A DNA stretch of 64,000 nt, taken from assembly GCA_965277285.1 (NCBI GenBank), contig OZ255721.1, positions 992,001 to 1,056,000 of the forward strand, written 5' to 3'. Of the stretch, positions 10,061 to 20,214 are shown piece after piece. The notes under the pieces were generated by a model. The model was not told the origin of the DNA. It was given only the letters and a program-made list of their open reading frames with translations, and ran no database searches. This stretch comes from Abditibacteriaceae bacterium. GTDB taxonomy: Bacteria > Armatimonadota > Abditibacteriia > Abditibacteriales > Abditibacteriaceae. How positions within the stretch are numbered: the first letter of the stretch is position 1; each line of letters begins with the position of its first letter. Position numbers and translations under genes: made by a program.

Positions 10061-10894
10061 CTATGGCGTTACGATTGGCTTATCCGCCGAAGGTTTAACA
10101 ATCAAATCCAGCGCGTTCGCGTTGCCAACTGCGAAAACAGTGTAGCGTTTTCCGGCTTCGACTTTCGCGCTGGCTTCGGTGATGACTTTGCCATCGGCGC
10201 GAATTTGCAACTTCACGTCACCAGGCACAACGGTTTTTGCGCGCGCCGTTCCCGCAGGAATAGCTTTGAGGAAACTGGCAAATCCTGTTGTCTTGTTGCG
10301 TGCGGAAGGCGTCGTTACATCAATGGCGGATGTTTGCGCCAGATGCACGACATAAACGCGCGCCTTGCCTTCGACTTCTTTGCCTGTCGCTTCATTGACG
10401 CGCAACAACAGCGGTTTTTCCGGCGTGCCATACGCCGCGACGGTGTAAAACTTGTCCTTAACGTGCGTCAGATCGGATGTCAAAAGCGCTGTCGTTTCGC
10501 CACTTTTCGTCACTTTCAGGTTGTGCTTGCCCGTCGGAATCGCCAGGTACTCGCTCACGCTTTTGTAAGCGACATTCGACAACATTTTTTTGCCGTCCAC
10601 ATAAACATCAACAGAGGGACCGCCTGCAATGGCGTGAATAACGCGCGTGTAAGACGTTCCTTTGACGCGCGTTACTTCTTTAGTCGCTGTTCCAGCAGCA
10701 GTCGTCGCGCCCGACGCTTCGTAGGTGCGAACCTTCTTCGCGCGCGTCGCCTTCTTCGGCGTTGCTGTTGGCGTACTCGCCGTTGGCGTATTCGCAGCGG
10801 TATTTTCCTGTGCGCGGACGGCGTTCGTTCCTGTTCCTGACGCGATGGCGAAAGCGGCCACAGCCCAAATCGTTCGGCTTGCGTTGCGTTTCAT
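10061..10894 (-). CDS. Secreted DUF4397-like protein
   Basis: Signal peptide; repeated RVIHAIAGGPSVDVYVDG and VYVVHLAQTSAIDV units. Confidence 0.75.
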   Translation of the reverse strand: MKRNASRTIWAVAAFAIASGTGTNAVRAQENTAANTPTASTPTATPKKATRAKKVRTYEASGATTAAGTATKEVTRVKGTSYTRVIHAIAGGPSVDVYVDGKKMLSNVAYKSVSEYLAIPTGKHNLKVTKSGETTALLTSDLTHVKDKFYTVAAYGTPEKPLLLRVNEATGKEVEGKARVYVVHLAQTSAIDVTTPSARNKTTGFASFLKAIPAGTARAKTVVPGDVKLQIRADGKVITEASAKVEAGKRYTVFAVGNANALDLIVKPSADKPIVTP

Positions 10895-10975
10895 AAATGA
10901 AACTCCTTGTGAAAAGTTGCGGCGCGCATGAACAAAGCCGCCAACACTTCACAAGAGCATATCATTAGAGAAGAA

Positions 10976-11581
10976 TTATTTCCAGCCGAAACGGTTCATC
11001 AAATCTTCCAAATCCGACGATTTGCGTGCGTTTCGAGTACTCGATTTGTCACCAAAACCGTTCAACGTCGAAGCGCGTTCGTCGGGCGCGACTTTCTCAA
11101 AAGGTTTCACTGCCGCACGCAAATCCAATTCTTGGTCGCACTCGATGCGGTCGCAAAAGAGCGAGGTGCGCGCTTCAAATTCCCAATTCGTGACGACTTG
11201 AACCGTCAGTTCCAAGCGCGGATTTTCTTTATCAACACGCTTGAGCAAACGGATTTCGACGACGCGATTATCGTTGACGCGAAGCCCTGCGCAAACTGCG
11301 TCCTGCGCGATTTTCAAACCGCCGTCCAAATCGCGGCGATGCGGCGATTCAAAGAAAAACTCGCCATACAGAGCGATATAACCGCTTTGCGCGTGATCTA
11401 AAATATCGTCAGGAAGCCGCCCGTTCACGAGCAGCGTGTGAAACGCTTTAGCAATCGAATGCTTCCAGTGTTTGGCCTCCGACGACAAAACGCGCCGCGA
11501 TATGCCGCCAACATCCGCATCACGATATAGGTTATTTACGCTTGGCGGCAATGGCAAAAGAAAGCGGATTCGAGTACTCAT
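10976..11581 (-). CDS. rusA: RusA-family Holliday junction resolvase
   Basis: LPLPPSVNNLY, RRDLDGGLK..QDA, NDNRV. Confidence 0.8.
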   Translation of the reverse strand: MSTRIRFLLPLPPSVNNLYRDADVGGISRRVLSSEAKHWKHSIAKAFHTLLVNGRLPDDILDHAQSGYIALYGEFFFESPHRRDLDGGLKIAQDAVCAGLRVNDNRVVEIRLLKRVDKENPRLELTVQVVTNWEFEARTSLFCDRIECDQELDLRAAVKPFEKVAPDERASTLNGFGDKSSTRNARKSSDLEDLMNRFGWK

Positions 11582-11601
11582 TTGGCTTACACGAAGTAAA
11601 T

Positions 11602-12546
11602 TTAAGCGCCGAATTTTTCCTGCAGCGTTTCGAGTTCCGCTTCACTGATGCGCAGCACGCTGGCATGACGCGCGTCGAGCGGGAATTGAACCTTCTGTTC
11701 TTCCCAGTTTTGAAGGTCGCGTGAAAAGAGCGCTTCATAACGATTTTCCATGCAGCGATCATAAATCAACATCCAGCCTTGCCGCTCTTCCAGCCAAAAC
11801 GCGAACGGCCCTTCCGAAAGCTGTGGCGTAATCGCTTCGGTTACGACTTCATAAGGGCCGTCCAAGTGCGGCGCCGTCGCAATTTGGATGAAGCGATGTT
11901 CGCCGTGCAAATAGCCAAAACGCTCGTCTTTGACAAACATTTGAAACGTCCCGTCATGTTGCACAATCGAAGCGTCGATAACTGTATAACCTGGATCGAG
12001 CAGCACGCGCGGTTCGGACAACGATTGAAAATCTCGTGTGCGCGCGCACCAAATACGCGAATCGTCCCAACCTTCTTTGCCATGCGAAGACGACCAATAA
12101 ACCAGGTAATCGCCGCGCGCGGCATCGAAAACAAACTCGGGCGCCCACACATTTCGAGCACCTTCCACATTATCCATCCCGGACAGAAAACGCACATCTT
12201 CCCACGAAATAAGGTCGCGCGAACGAGCGTACAACATCTTTGTCGAGCCGCCATTCCCCGTACCGACGAGACGAAACCAGCCATCCGCCCCGCGCGCCAC
12301 AAACGGGTCGCGCACAAACTGTTCAGGCCACACCGATTTGTTGTCGTTGAGCGGCGTCCAGTGGAAAGCATCACGGCTCCAAGCCAGATGCAGCGTTTCT
12401 TCGCGCACTTTGACATCGGTCAGCGGCACCACAACGATGCCTTCAGGCGTTTGCTCGACGCGCCCATCATAAACCTGGCGAAAATAAGCCAGCAGCCCGA
12501 TCGGACGCTCGGCAGTTGTTTCAAAATCGTGGACGTTTGCAGTCAT
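11602..12546 (-). CDS. Glycoside hydrolase family 43
   Basis: VRDPFV, VWAPEF, VIDASI and EGP five-bladed propeller motifs. Confidence 0.85.
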   Translation of the reverse strand: MTANVHDFETTAERPIGLLAYFRQVYDGRVEQTPEGIVVVPLTDVKVREETLHLAWSRDAFHWTPLNDNKSVWPEQFVRDPFVARGADGWFRLVGTGNGGSTKMLYARSRDLISWEDVRFLSGMDNVEGARNVWAPEFVFDAARGDYLVYWSSSHGKEGWDDSRIWCARTRDFQSLSEPRVLLDPGYTVIDASIVQHDGTFQMFVKDERFGYLHGEHRFIQIATAPHLDGPYEVVTEAITPQLSEGPFAFWLEERQGWMLIYDRCMENRYEALFSRDLQNWEEQKVQFPLDARHASVLRISEAELETLQEKFGA

Positions 12547-12680
12547 AGAAACCTGTTTCAATTGGAATGTCGCGCAGTTTGCCGCAATTCGAGAACGTCT
12601 AACAATCTTTTGAACCACAGATGAAAACAGAGAGTTTTAGATGGGAATCGAGTACTCGATTTGAGGAGCAAAGCTACAAT

Positions 12681-13175
12681 TCAGCACATACAAATGACCA
12701 AACCTTGATTGGTTTTGTGCGCTTCGGCGACGAACTTTTTCAGCGTCTCGAAGTAAGTAACCAAATAACCCAAAGTGTCATCTTCTGTGGGATCACGTTT
12801 CCAGATCGTCGGATAAATCTTTTCCCGCGTCATCTTCACTGGATCAAACCGCTGACGAAAATCTGCTATAGAGATAACGGAGAGTTGCGCATCAATCTTT
12901 GCAACCTGATTAGAACGCAATGCGCTAGCTGGGCCATAACCGACATCTTCGGTTCCAATCGGTTCGCCACCCAACAAGAAGTTAAGCGGTTCTTCACCTT
13001 CCCAAGCCAAACCAGTCAGCAGAAAATGGATTCCATGCCAGGCTTTGTCTAAATCTGTTGAGTGGTCGGAATCTTCGTCAGTTGATTCCAAAAACTCGAT
13101 GACTTTTTCTGGTGTTTCCAGAAGCTCACTAATCTGACTTTCGGATACTCGTCGCAATTCGCAAATCATGCTCAT
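12681..13175 (-). CDS. YfbM/DUF1877 family protein
   Basis: DLDKAWHGIHFLLTG, DVGYGPA, IYP.IW. Confidence 0.85.
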   Translation of the reverse strand: MSMICELRRVSESQISELLETPEKVIEFLESTDEDSDHSTDLDKAWHGIHFLLTGLAWEGEEPLNFLLGGEPIGTEDVGYGPASALRSNQVAKIDAQLSVISIADFRQRFDPVKMTREKIYPTIWKRDPTEDDTLGYLVTYFETLKKFVAEAHKTNQGLVICMC

Positions 13176-13185
13176 ACTATTCTCC

Positions 13186-14826
13186 TCACTCCCCAAACAA
13201 ACTTTCCGGTTTGCGACCGTTGCCGTTCTTACCGTTGCCATTGCCGTTTTGATGCGGCATTTGCACCAGATTATTCGCCTTGAAGAAGAACTGCGTTTCG
13301 CCCGCCGTGCGTATTCCTGGCAGAGCTTTTACCTTGATAATAATCGGATATTGGCGCGTCACGTTGCCCATAATGAGTGCGTGATGGCGGCGCAATTTTT
13401 TGACGAAAGCCGACATCGTTTCCTGATCGGTCATCGCGCTTTTGCCGATGTGCCGCACGTCGTCATCAAAAGGCAAATGCGCCAGAAAGAGATTATCGGT
13501 TTGGCGCAAAACGGTTTCATCTAAGCCGCCGACCATGTTGGTGATGAAGAAGCACGTAATCCCCAGATGCCGCGAGCGCGTCACGACATCGGTCACGGTG
13601 TTTTTCGAGACGTAAAGGTGCGCTTCTTCAAACAGCACAAAGGGAAAACGCCCGCGACCCGTTTTGATTTCGTCCTCGCACATCTCTTTGATCAAATCGA
13701 GAATCGCCTGCGCGAAACCATAACGCGCCAGAGGACTAAGCGCCGAAACGTCAATCACCAGTGCGCCGCCTTCGCGCACTTTCGAGTACTCGACTTTGAG
13801 GTTGACGGCATCTTCCAACAGGCTGGCGAAGATTCCCGTATTGCGAACCGCTTCCAGGCGCGAACGAATCGCCGCGTTGGACACTTCATTGGTCGCAATC
13901 TCGTTGTTTTCCGCCATTTCGATTAAGTGATCCAGCGTCAGAAACGGCGCTTTACGGCCATTTTCAGCCAGCATCTTCATCTGGTCGAACAAACCGAACA
14001 AGCGGTTTTCCAGGTGCATCGCCGACACATCAGGCAAGCCATATTTCGACAGCATCGTGATCAAAGGCTGAATTCCGAACTGCTGCAATCCCAGTTTCAG
14101 GTTTTGTCCGGCTTTCAGATGAACGATGCCGCGTTGCAAAACCGCGCCATCGGAATCAACTTCGTGGCGCGGCAGATGAATATATTCTTTGTTGATGTCG
14201 AAGACGATGCACGGCGCGCCGCGCTTGATCAATTCGACTAAAATCACTTTCGATAGGTGACTTTTGCCCGAACCTTTGACGCCCGTCACGATGTTGATTT
14301 TCTCCAGACCTTGACCTTCCACGAAAAACGGTTCGCCGCGCAGCGTTTCACCCAATTCCAGCGGATTGCCCAGATTCTGCACGCAGTTGGCGAACAGTTC
14401 GCGGTCGCGCGTGCGCGTCACTTCCACGTCGCGGTGCGGAATCCAGCCGTCCCATTGATCCCATTTCGCGCGCTGCCCGCGCCCAACAACCAACTGGCGA
14501 ATCTTGGCGATAGCAATTTTCAGGTTGCGCGACGGGCTCAAATCCATGCCCGGCAAATGCAGGTTTTCCTGCGTGCTATGAATGATTTCCATGGCGCGCT
14601 CGACACCGTCGCCCGCATCGACGTGATCCAAAACCAGGCGCAATTGTTCCTGCACCAAAGCTGGATACGTCACCATGCGGAACTCGATGACCTGACAAAT
14701 CAAGCCTTGCGCCGCGCCGTCGCGCTCTTGCACGCATAAGGTTTCGCCGACGCGCAAGTTGTCCTCGCGCGGGTCGAAAATCAGCTCCATGATGTCGCCG
14801 CGAACTTGATAAACCTCGATGCTCAT
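13186..14826 (-). CDS. HerA/DUF87-like P-loop ATPase
   Basis: GVKGSGKS Walker A, VFDINKEY, FEEAHLY Walker B, RSRHLG. Confidence 0.8.
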   Translation of the reverse strand: MSIEVYQVRGDIMELIFDPREDNLRVGETLCVQERDGAAQGLICQVIEFRMVTYPALVQEQLRLVLDHVDAGDGVERAMEIIHSTQENLHLPGMDLSPSRNLKIAIAKIRQLVVGRGQRAKWDQWDGWIPHRDVEVTRTRDRELFANCVQNLGNPLELGETLRGEPFFVEGQGLEKINIVTGVKGSGKSHLSKVILVELIKRGAPCIVFDINKEYIHLPRHEVDSDGAVLQRGIVHLKAGQNLKLGLQQFGIQPLITMLSKYGLPDVSAMHLENRLFGLFDQMKMLAENGRKAPFLTLDHLIEMAENNEIATNEVSNAAIRSRLEAVRNTGIFASLLEDAVNLKVEYSKVREGGALVIDVSALSPLARYGFAQAILDLIKEMCEDEIKTGRGRFPFVLFEEAHLYVSKNTVTDVVTRSRHLGITCFFITNMVGGLDETVLRQTDNLFLAHLPFDDDVRHIGKSAMTDQETMSAFVKKLRRHHALIMGNVTRQYPIIIKVKALPGIRTAGETQFFFKANNLVQMPHQNGNGNGKNGNGRKPESLFGE

Positions 14827-14857
14827 AATGGTGATTGGGGCAATTGTTGATGCGATT

Positions 14858-14885
14858 GTACGGGCGAGGCATGCCTCGCCCGTAC
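14858..14885. repeat. GTA-type REP-like palindrome (family C)
   Basis: gtacgggcgaggcatgcctcgcccgtac perfect palindrome. Confidence 0.7.
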
Positions 14886-14897
14886 GTATTCAATTGT

Positions 14898-15848
14898 CTA
14901 CATCGGCAAATCTTGATAAGGTTTGTGCTTTGTTTTCAAGCGAAAAAGTTCAATTTGCTGTTGAATGTCGAACTTGGTTTGCGTCTTCAAAATCGCGTCG
15001 CGGTACAGCACGCGATTCGCCACAACATCCAACTGGAAAAACCACATGAGCGTCATCAAGGCGTTGATGAACAAGCGCGAACTTTGCGTGCGGTGCGTCG
15101 CGTGATGATCGCCGAAGTGTCCATCAATCGCTGCTAAAATCGAACTCGAAACGATGCTTGGATGATGCGGCATTTTGCGAAAAACCTGTTCCGCCGCACT
15201 TTTGAATAGGGCGACTTCCGGCATTTCCCTGGTCAAACTCCACATTCCCAGAAAACCGTTTTGCCGCGTGATTTCGCCGACCGCTTCCAAAAACTGCGCG
15301 TGACAAACACCATGAAACGCATCCACGCCAAAGCCGATGCAGCACAACAATTTGCGCGGAATATCGAGTTGATTGACCGCGAGAATGCTTGCCATATCTT
15401 CGACCGGCGTTCCCAAACCCGCTTCATCGCCGCGCATCAAACTGTCGGTTCCGCCATCCACCAAAATGATCGTGTCCAGATGAAGGTGCAAGTTCAACAC
15501 TTCATACGCTTCGAGAATCGGCTGCACGCCGGAAAGTTCAAACGCATAAATCGGCACTTCTTCGCCGCGTCCGCGAAACCAGCGCGACAAGTGCAACTCG
15601 GGAAAATAACGCTCGTTACCCAACGTGTCGGCATCAATTTTCACCAACTGTGGATGCAGCTTGCGTCCCGTCGATCCAATCACATCGGCGAAAGTCAGGT
15701 TCGCCAGATGCACGTTTTTGCCCGCGTTTTTCAAGGCGAAGTAAAGTGGCAAGCCCGCAAACACATCGAAGCCGCCGCCCGCTCCAGCAACTAAAACATT
15801 TTGTGCCGCTTCCAATTCGTCGAAAATCGCTGGCCGTAGAAAATCCAT
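14898..15848 (-). CDS. DUF1152 family protein
   Basis: AGAGGGFDVFAGLP, LVDGGTDSLMRGDEAGLGTPVED. Confidence 0.8.
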   Translation of the reverse strand: MDFLRPAIFDELEAAQNVLVAGAGGGFDVFAGLPLYFALKNAGKNVHLANLTFADVIGSTGRKLHPQLVKIDADTLGNERYFPELHLSRWFRGRGEEVPIYAFELSGVQPILEAYEVLNLHLHLDTIILVDGGTDSLMRGDEAGLGTPVEDMASILAVNQLDIPRKLLCCIGFGVDAFHGVCHAQFLEAVGEITRQNGFLGMWSLTREMPEVALFKSAAEQVFRKMPHHPSIVSSSILAAIDGHFGDHHATHRTQSSRLFINALMTLMWFFQLDVVANRVLYRDAILKTQTKFDIQQQIELFRLKTKHKPYQDLPM

Positions 15849-15937
15849 GATTGCCTTCCCAGCCGCAAAATCGAGTACTCGAAAGTCTTCTTTACTAAGA
15901 GTGTGTAGAGAAAGCAGAGGAAAACCGTCAAACTGGA

Positions 15938-16011
15938 AGTTTGTCATTCTGAGCGCAGCGAAGAATCTGGCATACAAGAAAGATTTTTCGCTGCGCTCAG
16001 AATGACAAACT
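15938..16011. repeat. Inverted repeat pair, family B
   Basis: tttgtcattctgagcgcagcgaagaatct ... agatttttcgctgcgctcagaatgacaaa. Confidence 0.85.
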
Positions 16012-16070
16012 CTTACTTCAAAAAGCTTTTTAGACCTTTCAAGTCTCAGCGGCTGCGGCCAGTTTATCGT

Positions 16071-16394
16071 TCACAGCAAATGCAATTCGGCGTCATCTAA
16101 ACAGTTTTGCTGCTGAAAACGACGCTGTCCGCGAAGGTTGCGCTGCGCCAGCGACTTTTCTTGAAGTGTCGCGTGAAGTGAGTGAAAGCGTTGCGCAGTC
16201 TGGTTCCAGCCGTTGACGAACCAGCAATACGGCCATTCCGCCCATTCGGAAACGTTCGCCTCAGATTGAGTACTCGATTCTTCGACTTCTTCGTATTGCG
16301 ACAGGCGCGACTTCAATTCGTCAATTTGCAGTTGCAATACTTCGTTTTCGTCCAGCAATTCAGCCAGTTGCACGGCGTGTTCGCGTTGAGACAT
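16071..16394 (-). CDS. Hypothetical protein with N-terminal coiled coil
   Basis: ORF preceded by GAGG RBS. Confidence 0.55.
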   Translation of the reverse strand: MSQREHAVQLAELLDENEVLQLQIDELKSRLSQYEEVEESSTQSEANVSEWAEWPYCWFVNGWNQTAQRFHSLHATLQEKSLAQRNLRGQRRFQQQNCLDDAELHLL

Positions 16395-16480
16395 AGGTTT
16401 TTCCTCGTTGAATGATTCGCGTTCAGGTCACGCGGCATTGAAACGGCATATTCAGTTTTTAACGTCAACAAAACAACGGT

Positions 16481-17116
16481 TTATACAACAGCGGAATAGC
16501 AATACTGGCGTCCGCCTTCGGGAACGACAGTCGCTTCGCGGCGCACCAAATGCATTTGATACAAGCGCGCGATGCGGTTATTGCAGGCGGTCGCGGAATC
16601 CAGCTTCAAGGCTTCTGACAGGTCGCGCACGGTGACGCAGCCTTTGTCCATTACAGCGCGCAAAGTGTCGACAAGATGCGTCGGCAGATCGCCCAAAATG
16701 CGCCATTTTCCCGCCACAGCGCTGATATTTGGAGCTTTCTTGGTTTTGTTCATCGTGTTCTGCGGCAACACCAGAGCAGCGACTTCACGCCTGTTCAAAG
16801 CGACCTCGACGTTTTCCAGCAAGGCATCGCTCAGTTCGTCGCCTTTGGTTTCGATGACAAGGTGACGATCAGGATATTCTTTGGCGGCCATGCGCGACAA
16901 AATCGTTCCCAGTGCTTCGTCGGCGAACGAGTAATCCATCATCTCGACGCCTTCAAAATCGACCACCAAAACGCCGCCCATCGGCAAAGCACGCAGGCGC
17001 GCATCCAATTTTTCCTGCACGCTGCGACCCAGAGGACGCATCGCCAAATGTTTGCCGAACTCGCCCAGCGATTGCGTCTCCACTGTGCGGCTTTCTTTTT
17101 CTTGCAATTCGTTCAT
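16481..17116 (-). CDS. STAS-like (DUF4325-type) domain plus C-terminal winged HTH
   Basis: VDFEGVEMMDYSFADEALG; VTVRDLSEALKLDSATACNNRIARL; AGGAGG RBS. Confidence 0.65.
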   Translation of the reverse strand: MNELQEKESRTVETQSLGEFGKHLAMRPLGRSVQEKLDARLRALPMGGVLVVDFEGVEMMDYSFADEALGTILSRMAAKEYPDRHLVIETKGDELSDALLENVEVALNRREVAALVLPQNTMNKTKKAPNISAVAGKWRILGDLPTHLVDTLRAVMDKGCVTVRDLSEALKLDSATACNNRIARLYQMHLVRREATVVPEGGRQYCYSAVV

Positions 17117-17423
17117 GGTTTTCCTCCTTATTTTTCAATTCAATTTGATTTTCATTCATCATTTCACTGACATGAGTGAACCCAACAAAGCAATTATGCG
17201 CAGTGTGGCGCGTTTTGTCAAGGTGAAACGAGGTTAAAAGCGAATAACGAGGTTAGAAGCGAATATCGAGTACTCGATGAAGAAACTCGGGCTGAGTGTG
17301 TAGAAAGTTTCGAGAACAACTTGCAGCGGCACTACGTTTGCATAAGTTTTTGTGCCGTTTTGCGGAACACTTCGTGCATGAAATCCCGCAACGGCAATAA
17401 CAATTTGTTTTTAGGAGACAATC

Positions 17424-18023
17424 GTGCCACGTTTAGAAGGAGAAAGGACGAACACGTCCAAATACGTCGCAGGCGTGCTGGTTTTGGCGCTTCTGGCAGC
17501 TGCCGCCTGGTATTTTCTGAAAGGAAATGCTACGCCACCCGCTGACGAAAATAATGGTACGGCGGCGCCCGTCAGCCATGTGTCAAATAGCGCTTCCAAT
17601 AGCGCATCGAACAGCACCGATAATTCGGCGGCCAGCAACAGCGTTTCTAACAGCACCGATAACAGCGCCAGCAATGACGCTTCGAATTCCGCTGCAAATA
17701 GCGCAACGGACGACGCAACAAGTAATGCCGCCAGTAATGCGTCCGATAGCACTGGAAACGCTGCCAGTGGAACAGGAAACGACGTTTCTAATAGCGCTTC
17801 GAACGAGACAGCGAATAGTTCGGTGAGCAACTCGACAATTAATGCGGCTTCGTCCGTTCCTACGCCGAATCTTTCGGGTGCGCCAACCACGAGCAATGCT
17901 GCCAACAATAGCGGCGGTAAAGCGGTGACGCGCAGCAAAACGGTCAAGACGAAGAACGGCGTTTCGACTTATACCAAAACGACCAAAGAAAACGCCGGTG
18001 CCGCGTCATCGAGTACTCAATAA
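17424..18023 (+). CDS. Membrane-anchored Ser/Asn/Ala-rich low-complexity protein
   Basis: AGGAG RBS, N-terminal TM helix, SNSA/DNSA tetrad repeats. Confidence 0.75.
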   Translation: MPRLEGERTNTSKYVAGVLVLALLAAAAWYFLKGNATPPADENNGTAAPVSHVSNSASNSASNSTDNSAASNSVSNSTDNSASNDASNSAANSATDDATSNAASNASDSTGNAASGTGNDVSNSASNETANSSVSNSTINAASSVPTPNLSGAPTTSNAANNSGGKAVTRSKTVKTKNGVSTYTKTTKENAGAASSSTQ

Positions 18024-18079
18024 CGCGTCGTTGACCAAAACACGTTGTTCAACAAAAACAAAACCACGAGGTTTCAGAT

Positions 18080-19861
18080 ATGCGCAAGGGAAAGAGCATT
18101 TTAGGTTTGCCGGTTACGAGCCAGTCCGATGGCGTCGAACTGGGCAAGGTCAAAGACTTGATTTTCGACCACAATACGGATGAAGTCGTTGGACTTTTGA
18201 TTTCCGACAAAGAACTGTTTGGCTTGATCGACGCTCAAGTTGTGCCGTGGAATCAGGTGCGCGCCATTGGTTCGCAAGCCGTCATGGTCGAAAGCGCGGC
18301 GTCGAAGATTAAAGCCGGCGACGACGCGCGCATCAGCGGCATTTTGGATCGCAATACGGCGCTGTCGGGCACACAGATTCGCACCACGCAAGGCGAAAAT
18401 CTGGGTTCGTTCGCCGATTTGTATTTAGATGAAAATACAGGTCGCGTGCTGGGTTACGAAGTTTCGGGCGGCTTTTATTCGGACACCATGAGCGGCAAGC
18501 ATTATTTGCCCGCCGATTCCGATATTTTAATGGGTCAGGATGTGGCGCTGGTGCCGCAAGAAGTCGCGGACGAACTCGAAGCGAAAAAGCAGGCCGAACC
18601 CGGCGGTCTCAAAGGCGCCATTGCGACGGCTTCAGATAAGGTTTCCGACAGTTACAGCAACCTTGCGACGGCATCGGTTGAAAAACAGAAAGAGTTCATC
18701 GTAGGCAAAGTCGCCAGCCGCGATGTGTTTTTGCCGAACAATGCAACAAGTGTTTTGCCATCGTCGGAAAGCGGTTTGCCCGCCCCGACAACACATAACG
18801 CTTTGCCGGAAAGCGCGACCGAAGGTTTGGGACTGAGCGAAATGGGCGTTGCAACCGACGACTTGACGCTCAACCGCACGCCGTTAGAAGCCAGTGTTCC
18901 GTCTGAAAGCATTGTAACGCCAGGTATCGTTCCGACAACGACAACTGACAGTGGTTTGGTTGCTAAGCCGATTGACGAAAATACCACCGTTTACAGCTTG
19001 CCCAGATCGGAAGTGGTCACAACTTCGACATCGAGTACTGGAATTGCGATTCCAACAACTGGTTCCGAATTGGCGACGACTTCCACGTCGCAAAACGGCG
19101 CGATTCTGGTGCATCAAGGCGAAACGATCACGCGCGACCATGCGGATCGCGCTGAGAACGCCGGAATTTTGCATCAGCTTTTGTTGGCGGCGGGCGGAAC
19201 GGTTGCTGGCGGCGTTTTGGATGCTGGAAAAGCGCAGCTTGCTGGAGTTCAAGGAAACGCGGAAGAAAACGTTATCGGCAAAGTCGCGGGAACCGAAGTG
19301 ACGGCGGACGATGGTTCGACTATTGTAGCGCCCGGCATGATTATCACGCCGGAAATCATGGCTCACGCGCGCGCCGTTGGGCTTGAAAAGGCCGTTATCG
19401 CGGCGGCAGGTGTGGGAACCGTATCACAGCACACAGACGTAGTAAAGGCGCACGCGGCGAACTTGTGGGATACCATCAAAGGCAAGGCAACTGAAATGAC
19501 GGACGCAGCACAAGCCAAGAAGGCCGACATGGATGCGCAAGCCGAACAAAGGCACATCAACGACGCGCTGGGCCGCCCGACAACGCGCGTCATTCTCGAC
19601 CCGAACGATCACGTTATTCTCAATACGGGCGATTTGATCACGCACGCCGCGATTGATCGTGCGCGCGCCGCCGGCGCTCTGGAAGTGTTGCTCAGTTCGG
19701 TTTACACAGCCGACCCTGAAATCACGCCGGAAATGCTGCGCGCTCGTGAACCCGGCGAAGCTGCTTTGCCGTCGCAAGCCGTGCCGAGCGGTGGCCCAAT
19801 TACCGCGACCGTCGCACCCGAAGCCGCACAAGACCAACCTGCACAAGGCGCGACATCATAA
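18080..19861 (+). CDS. Multi PRC-barrel domain protein
   Basis: ILGLPV..GVELGKVKDLIFD and GENLGSFADLYLDENTGRVLGYEVSGG. Confidence 0.85.
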   Translation: MRKGKSILGLPVTSQSDGVELGKVKDLIFDHNTDEVVGLLISDKELFGLIDAQVVPWNQVRAIGSQAVMVESAASKIKAGDDARISGILDRNTALSGTQIRTTQGENLGSFADLYLDENTGRVLGYEVSGGFYSDTMSGKHYLPADSDILMGQDVALVPQEVADELEAKKQAEPGGLKGAIATASDKVSDSYSNLATASVEKQKEFIVGKVASRDVFLPNNATSVLPSSESGLPAPTTHNALPESATEGLGLSEMGVATDDLTLNRTPLEASVPSESIVTPGIVPTTTTDSGLVAKPIDENTTVYSLPRSEVVTTSTSSTGIAIPTTGSELATTSTSQNGAILVHQGETITRDHADRAENAGILHQLLLAAGGTVAGGVLDAGKAQLAGVQGNAEENVIGKVAGTEVTADDGSTIVAPGMIITPEIMAHARAVGLEKAVIAAAGVGTVSQHTDVVKAHAANLWDTIKGKATEMTDAAQAKKADMDAQAEQRHINDALGRPTTRVILDPNDHVILNTGDLITHAAIDRARAAGALEVLLSSVYTADPEITPEMLRAREPGEAALPSQAVPSGGPITATVAPEAAQDQPAQGATS

Positions 19862-19884
19862 ATCTTGAAGACGAGGAAGAAGCC

Positions 19885-20031
19885 ATGAGCCAGAACAACG
19901 ACGACGCAACAATCGAAAAGCCAGTTCAAACGGGTCAATCGTCGCAGGCACCCGCCGAAGGCGTCGAAGATCAGCCGGAGCAAAGCGACAAAACGCAAGG
20001 TCAAAGCAGCGAAGCACCCGCCACCGGATAA
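19885..20031 (+). CDS. Small acidic protein (48 aa), absent from ORF track
   Basis: GAGGAAG RBS; MSQNNDDATIEKPVQTGQSSQAPAEGVEDQPEQSDKTQGQSSEAPATG; follows the PRC gene. Confidence 0.55.
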   Translation: MSQNNDDATIEKPVQTGQSSQAPAEGVEDQPEQSDKTQGQSSEAPATG

Positions 20032-20150
20032 ATCGTCAAAGATGCAAAACAAAAGAACGAGTACTCGAATTGAGTACTCGTTCTTTGCTTTTGTACTTCT
20101 GCTTGAGTACGCGTTCTGTGAGAGTTTATTGCAAGAGAGTTGTCGCGTTG

Positions 20151-20180
20151 TGTAGGAGCTTGGCACGTCAAGCCCCTACA
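20151..20180. repeat. GTAG-type REP (family C)
   Basis: tgtaggagcttggcacgtcaagcccctaca, similar to 1898-1969. Confidence 0.65.
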
Positions 20181-20214
20181 TATCCTTATCCTGATAGATG
20201 GACTGAAATATGCT

